From the NCBI GenBank assembly GCA_002269645.1, contig NIVC01001867.1, positions 62,001 through 126,000 on the forward strand: DNA of 64,000 bases, given 5' to 3'. Below are positions 58,534 through 64,000 of the stretch, piece by piece; positions within the stretch are counted from its first letter, which is position 1, and each line of letters opens with the position of its first letter. Origin of the DNA: Macrostomum lignano. Lineage: Eukaryota. The translations under genes were made by a program, and so were the position numbers. The notes below the pieces were generated by a model. That model was not told the origin of the DNA. It did no database searches and was given only the letters and a program-made list of their open reading frames with translations.

Positions 58534-58688
58534 AAGGTAATTACCAATGCATTTTATGTCGCGCCAAGTTGCTAACTTTTGATGCGCGTTACTATTAGTA
58601 GTTGATTTTGCGAACGCGTTCCAATTTTTTAATTTTGCCGTAAGCTTTCTCTGCACCTGCTCTGTGCTGAAAGCGGGTTTTTTATTTA

Positions 58689-58852
58689 TTTTAATTTCAA
58701 TGTACTTTCCTTATGCTTCAGGGTTAAAAGCAATTCTCATTTTCCTTATGCTTTCAGGTAAAAGCAGGTGTCAAATTTTAATTTCAATGTACTTTCCTTA
58801 TGCTTCAGGGTCAAAAGCAATTCTCATTTTCCTTATGCTTTCAGGTAAAAGC
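58689..58852. repeat. ~80-bp direct duplication downstream of pol
   Basis: TTTTAATTTCAATGTACTTTCCTTATGCTTCAGGGT[T/C]AAAAGCAATTCTCATTTTCCTTATGCTTTCAGGTAAAAGC occurs at ~58689 and ~58776. Confidence 0.9.
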
Positions 58853-59924
58853 TCGATCGATCGTTTCGATCAGTTTCGTGCTCATGTACAGTGTAAAATT
58901 TGCTATTACCCAACGCGGTTCATTAATCAGCACTTCTGCTCTTCATATTTCTCCCTCTGCTGCATTAAAGCCTGCGCTAATGCGACTTATTTAATCAATG
59001 CGTTAAATTTTTATTCAATGCGATACTATAAAATCATTGCTTAATCGCGTTCTCATCTAATTTTGCGCCTCCCCGTTTGCTGTAAACTTCTCGCACGCGA
59101 TCAAAGTGCAGAAGTGTCCCAATTTTCTCGCCTTAAGCCTTTTGGAGAAAGCAACTAATTTTTGCAACTTTGCAGTTCGTTTCATGCTGAAGGTCCCTCT
59201 CTTCTATTTGTGTGCCCACTGTCTAAGGGCCAAACTGTCGTTTGCCCCGCCCAGGTCAAGAGCCCCAGTTTTCCAACTAGGCCTTGTCCTCAGCGGAGGC
59301 CTTTTGAGGTGACTCGACCCCTGTTTTCTTTGTTCAATTTAGTTCGAGCCTGGGAAAATTTTCGTGAGGGCTGCCTTTTGTTTCCCCTCTCCCAGTCCCA
59401 GTGCCAGTCGTTTGCTCTTGTTTTCCTGTAACTCCTTGTTGAGCCCACCAGTTTGACGATTTTGGTCACTAACTTACTTATACGATATTATCTTAGCTAT
59501 AAGGAGCCACAATTGCTCCCTCTTTCTATCTATTTTTCTATTTACTGTTCAACGCGATGTTCATCTTTCCCAACCACCAACCCGTTTAATGTGAGCCGCT
59601 TAGGTGCCCCCAATTCATTCAAATCAGGACCCCTGCCGCGCGTTTATCTGTTTTATGGCCTTTTGGATTTAACCACCCACCCCTTCACCATGCGTGCCCG
59701 CCGTAGAGTGCATGCGGGGTGGAGGCCTGTTCCCGGTTAGGGACCCCTCGTTTCCATCTGCGTGACGGTATTCTGAGTATATAAGTCGCGCCCTGGCTCT
59801 GATTCTTTTGCTAATTGTTAATTATCTGGCTCGCCACTTATATTCAGCCGACATCATTCGATTGTGACCAATTGACTAATCCATTAATCCGGCGACCGGG
59901 CTCAACTTCATTCGTCTCATCGCC

Positions 59925-60614
59925 ATGACAGACAGAACATCGAACACCACAGCGACTGCTCCGTATGCCAACGGCTTCAAGGACATCTCACCTGCTCAAG
60001 GTGCTTGTGCCCAGCCGACCCCCGCAGCGGCCCTAGGGCCAATAGCCGCAATGCCAGATCTTCAGGCGATTCAGGCCCGAGCCCCCTGGCTCCATCCGGA
60101 TGACCTTGCGGCCTCTCGCACATTCACGGCCGCAGCCGCAGGAGCCACGCTGGCCAGAATCCGCCTCCGCCAGTCGCTCACGGAAGACGTCCAGCAGGCC
60201 AAGAAGGGCCGGGTCTAGGTCGACGCCCCCTGGCGGCTGCTCTGCCGCTTGATGCCACCCGCCTCCACCAAGGACCTGGTGGAAGAACAGCTCGCGACGG
60301 CTGAAGAGTGCCTGCGGCAGGGATTAGGCCGACCTCGACCAGCGCTGGCCTTGCTCTTAACACTAATTTACATGAAGGCCAGACATCTCCAAGACGGCTG
60401 GGATCCCAGGCTCCGCCGCTTTTGGGACGCGGCCGTGGAAAAGTATCTGGAGCGGCTGCACCTGGATCCCAGCGGCCGGCTCCACGTGCTAGGCTGGCCA
60501 GCGAGCCCGCTCACGGCCAGCGAGAGACTGGCCAAGATGCCAAGCAAGACGGCCCGCAGCTCTTGCCCTCCGACTCGCGGCCGGGCACCCACCAGCCGAG
60601 GTGGACGTCAGTGA
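59925..60614 (+). pseudogene. Orphan ~229-codon reading frame broken by one TAG (60216-60218)
   Basis: ORFs 59925-60218 and 60249-60614 are in the same frame with an open linker between them; GC-rich island in AT-rich surroundings; TATATAA at ~59778. No family recognised. Confidence 0.45.
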
Positions 60615-63600
60615 TTGACAGTAGGAATACTGTAATTTTGCTTGCAAATCCTGACCCGCCCGTGCATGTGGCAGGTGGCTGCCCCTGGTTTTAATAATAT
60701 TTCTTTACTCATTCAATTTAATAGACATTTATTAACTTTCAAAATTTGGTGCTTTTCCTTTTACAATAAGTGCAAGCCATATTTTTTGTTTTCCCATGTA
60801 GGGCCAAGTTACCGAAAATTTTGTCACGCACCCTATCCCGCAATGGGATATTTTAATCTCCACCCCATGCCAACTTGCTATCCCTCCGTTTGCCTTTTTG
60901 CGTACCACATTTAATTGCATGTATTTTCATTACTCTGCCGTTGCTGGACCAGGCGCGTTTCGTATGCTTTCCTTAATCTGGTCCAGCGGCAAACTTTGCT
61001 CACGTTTACTTATAAAATGTATGTCTGTTTATGTTTTGGTTTAACTGCCTCCTCCACTGCCCCCTCCTCCACTGCCCCCTCCTCCACCTACTTTCCTTCC
61101 ATTTTGACGCGTTAGTTTAATTCCATACTCCTTCTGCTTACTATCTTAGTTTTATTTTATTTTAATTAATCGTCGCACCGTGGCCCGCCGAAGCTCATCC
61201 TCGTCAGTAATAATAATCTATTCATCCTGCTCAATAAATCCCAGCAAATAAAGAAATAATATCAATTCAATTCATTAATACATTAATAGTTGACTTTAAG
61301 CTATAGCCTATCTTGAATCTTTTGCCCGTGGGGCATAAAATAACCAAGTTTCCTCAGCTAAAGAAAAGCTCCGAGACTTATCCATTCCGTAATACATAAA
61401 TTACGGTGGTGGCAGCTCTACCCTACTGGAAGTAATAAGCTCAGCAAAACGACACATTAATTATGGTGCCTACATTTCCTGTGTTTTCATCGCTTTGAAC
61501 AACCGCGCCGTTACACGACCGCTCCACTACGAGTACGACTACCCTCCCCCCGGACTTGAGGACCCCGGCTGTTGGAGTAAAAGGAGAAGATTACGTTGTG
61601 ATTCGCCTGCGCGAAATTTCCTGCTTTACTTGTGCGAACACAATGCTACTGGGTTTACACGAAAACCGGCCAACTTTCAACTTTGTCAATTCTTTCTCCA
61701 CCCCCACCTTATAACTCTAATTTAATCTTTTTGCAAAAGATTAATTCATACTGTTTTTACATTTTAATAGGTTAGGCTACCTTTGTTGCCTTCAATTAAG
61801 AAAAAACTTTTAATTTATTGAATTATGTCTATAGATAAGAGATAGGCCTATCCCTAAAGAGTTAACATATTAGGCTGTAAAATTAATAAAAAACTTAATG
61901 TTAAAATTCAAAATATAAAATTCAAAGTATAAAATTCAAAAAAGTTGTACACTAATTTTTTAAAATAGTTTTTTTTACTCAGACAAGCACTAAAAGTAAA
62001 AGTAGTAAGATTTATCAAATAGAAAAATGCTAAGGGCCTAACCTAAAAAATAACTCAAACTTTCATTAGAATCCCTACTGGGAATATTGCATAGTACTGT
62101 AATAAAATGACTAAGTGTAAAAACTTACTCAACTGCCTATAGTCTAGAGACCAGTTGTAAGATACTGTTATAAAAACAATGCTATAGAATAAAGTCTAGC
62201 AGTAGCAGATTAAGAGGGGGGAGTGCAAAAGGTGATTTTTTATATTGAAAATACATTTTACAGATAACTATATATTAAGGTTACAATACAATATATACTT
62301 ACAATACATATACAATATATATTGCACATGTACCTTTAGTAATCTGCGCCCCCATTCAAAATTTTTCTGGATCCACACCTAAAGTCTAAGATTTTTATTT
62401 ATTAGATAAAATAACTTTACTTTAAATAAATACCTCGAGATTAGGCCTAATCATCTAATAGCCAGCAAAAAATACCTAGTGACCCAGGACCAGCTATATA
62501 TAATATTACTACAAGAAGTATACAAAAATTAAGTTAAAAAACCCGCTTTTCTGGTTGTATACAATATATAATTAGACCTACTATGTGCCTTACATAAGCG
62601 GCTAAGCCTAATCTAGCGAAATGGGCCAGGGCGACACTCGCCTCCGCCCTCCCAAATGCGTCTTGGAGCGCCCCGATAAGCCGATGCTTATTTAATTAAT
62701 TAATTAAAAAATAATCGTCTTTCAGCCTTTTTAAAATGTTTCAAAACGATATTAGTGTAAAAGTATAACAAAGAGCTAGCAACACTATCCTGGTTTCTTG
62801 GATCAACTAGAAACTACACAGCTACATAGCTGATTTAATACATAGTTTACGTATTTTCGGTCAACAATGACTTTTGTTTATTCATGGGTCTAAACTTGGA
62901 AAAATGGGTTGATAACCGTTGATTGAACCGTCGTTTCTAAGATTATTGAAAATTGAAATAATCGATTAACCAGAATAATCACGTAAGCCTGTCTTGCTCA
63001 AAAATTTAATTTTCTGCAATAATTATCACCAAGAGAACGAGGTAAAGTACATGGAAAGTGAGTAGTGAGCACGCGATTCTTGAGCCGCATCCTTTGTAGT
63101 CAGCGAACATTTCAATTTTGGCCGAAGAAATGAAGCTTATGAACTGAAGGAACTGAAGGAACCTCACAAAGCACAAAATCGTGTATCTTTTCTACCGTAC
63201 ATGTGTATTCTCTGTCTTTGCAGCGGGATTCCAAAGTTTGTGCCCTGTGCATGTGAGGTTAAATTTCAATAAAGTCGAGAAGCCTACCGTGCCTTATAGG
63301 GTCCATGAAAGCCGGGTGGTTTATTGAAATCCAGTCGTGGTTTTCATGCATTCAGTTCTCATTGAAGACAGCATCATTAATTAGGACAGTTCTGCCAGAG
63401 ATTTGGCGATGCAGAGCAAAGTGAGCAAAAGCCACAACTACATGTATTGTATGGAAGCCAGAAGTTTATTCACACAATAGACAACCTCGCATCTCACCCT
63501 GCCGAATTATCCAGCTAGCTGAACTGATAAGCATAATGAAATTTATGTCCAGAGTGCATAAGCCCCACTGGTCGTTGGCAACTTTGTATAAAACTCTACC

Positions 63601-64000
63601 TTAACAAGTGCGCGGTGTCCTACATGACTCTGTAATCTGCTCTACTGTGTATAAATTTTCTGTTTTCCCTGCTTCTCATTCGAGCGCGTGATAGGAGCTT
63701 CAACTGGGGTCCTGGGGTCAAGCTGTAGGCTGTAAATCAGACTGTAGGGCGAGCGCTCTCGTGGGGTAGTTCGTCCCAAACTGCCGGCAATCCCGCGCGG
63801 CTCTTCCCTGTCCTTCTGCAGAGCCCTGCTTGGACTCAACCGGGGAAAAATCCGCAGTGAGGAATGCTTATTCTGCTTCTACAGCCTTGAGAATGCAAAG
63901 CAATTTATTTGTGAATGACCCAGGTTCGTCTATCTTGGCCCAAACCGGGACCTTTCCGACGTTTTCAGGCCAAAGTCCCTGAGACACTCCGAGTTTGCGG

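Noticed and set aside
60700-64000. Possible 3' LTR or further genes in the AT-rich tail
   Set aside because: No matching second LTR, clear PPT/TG..CA boundary, spliceable coding exons or recognisable protein motifs were found.

Overview
Eukaryotic (metazoan) genomic DNA: GC-rich exons, GT-AG introns, and AT-rich or minisatellite-filled introns. The style most resembles a free-living flatworm such as Macrostomum; this is an inference, not proven. I reconstructed five protein-coding genes by hand with consistent splice phases. (1) A 4-exon ankyrin-repeat gene with an unrecognised N-terminal domain (+, 1067-3851). (2) An intronless orphan ~7-TM membrane protein (-, 7389-8477). (3) A 24-exon, ~4556-aa gel-forming mucin / hemolectin-like secreted protein (+, 14860-43559): signal peptide, CCP-like, EGF, 3x VWD-C8-TIL, WxxW/CysD domains, F5/8 type C, a run of phase-1 symmetric [Pro/Thr/Ser repeat + CysD] exons, VWC-like, C-terminal cystine knot. 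(4) Mitoguardin (MIGA/FAM73; -, 45784-48189). (5) RNF32 (RING-IQ-RING; -, 48623-53821). Also present are a 5'-truncated Ty3/Gypsy pol broken only by nonsense codons (54160-58533), a broken orphan ORF behind it, two tRNA-derived SINE-like elements and about 20 private tandem arrays. Most long ORFs in the supplied track are artefacts of these arrays. The best leads are the modular, apparently homogenised cassette-exon array of the mucin, two RFX X-boxes bracketing the mucin start, and an operon-like RNF32-MIGA junction.
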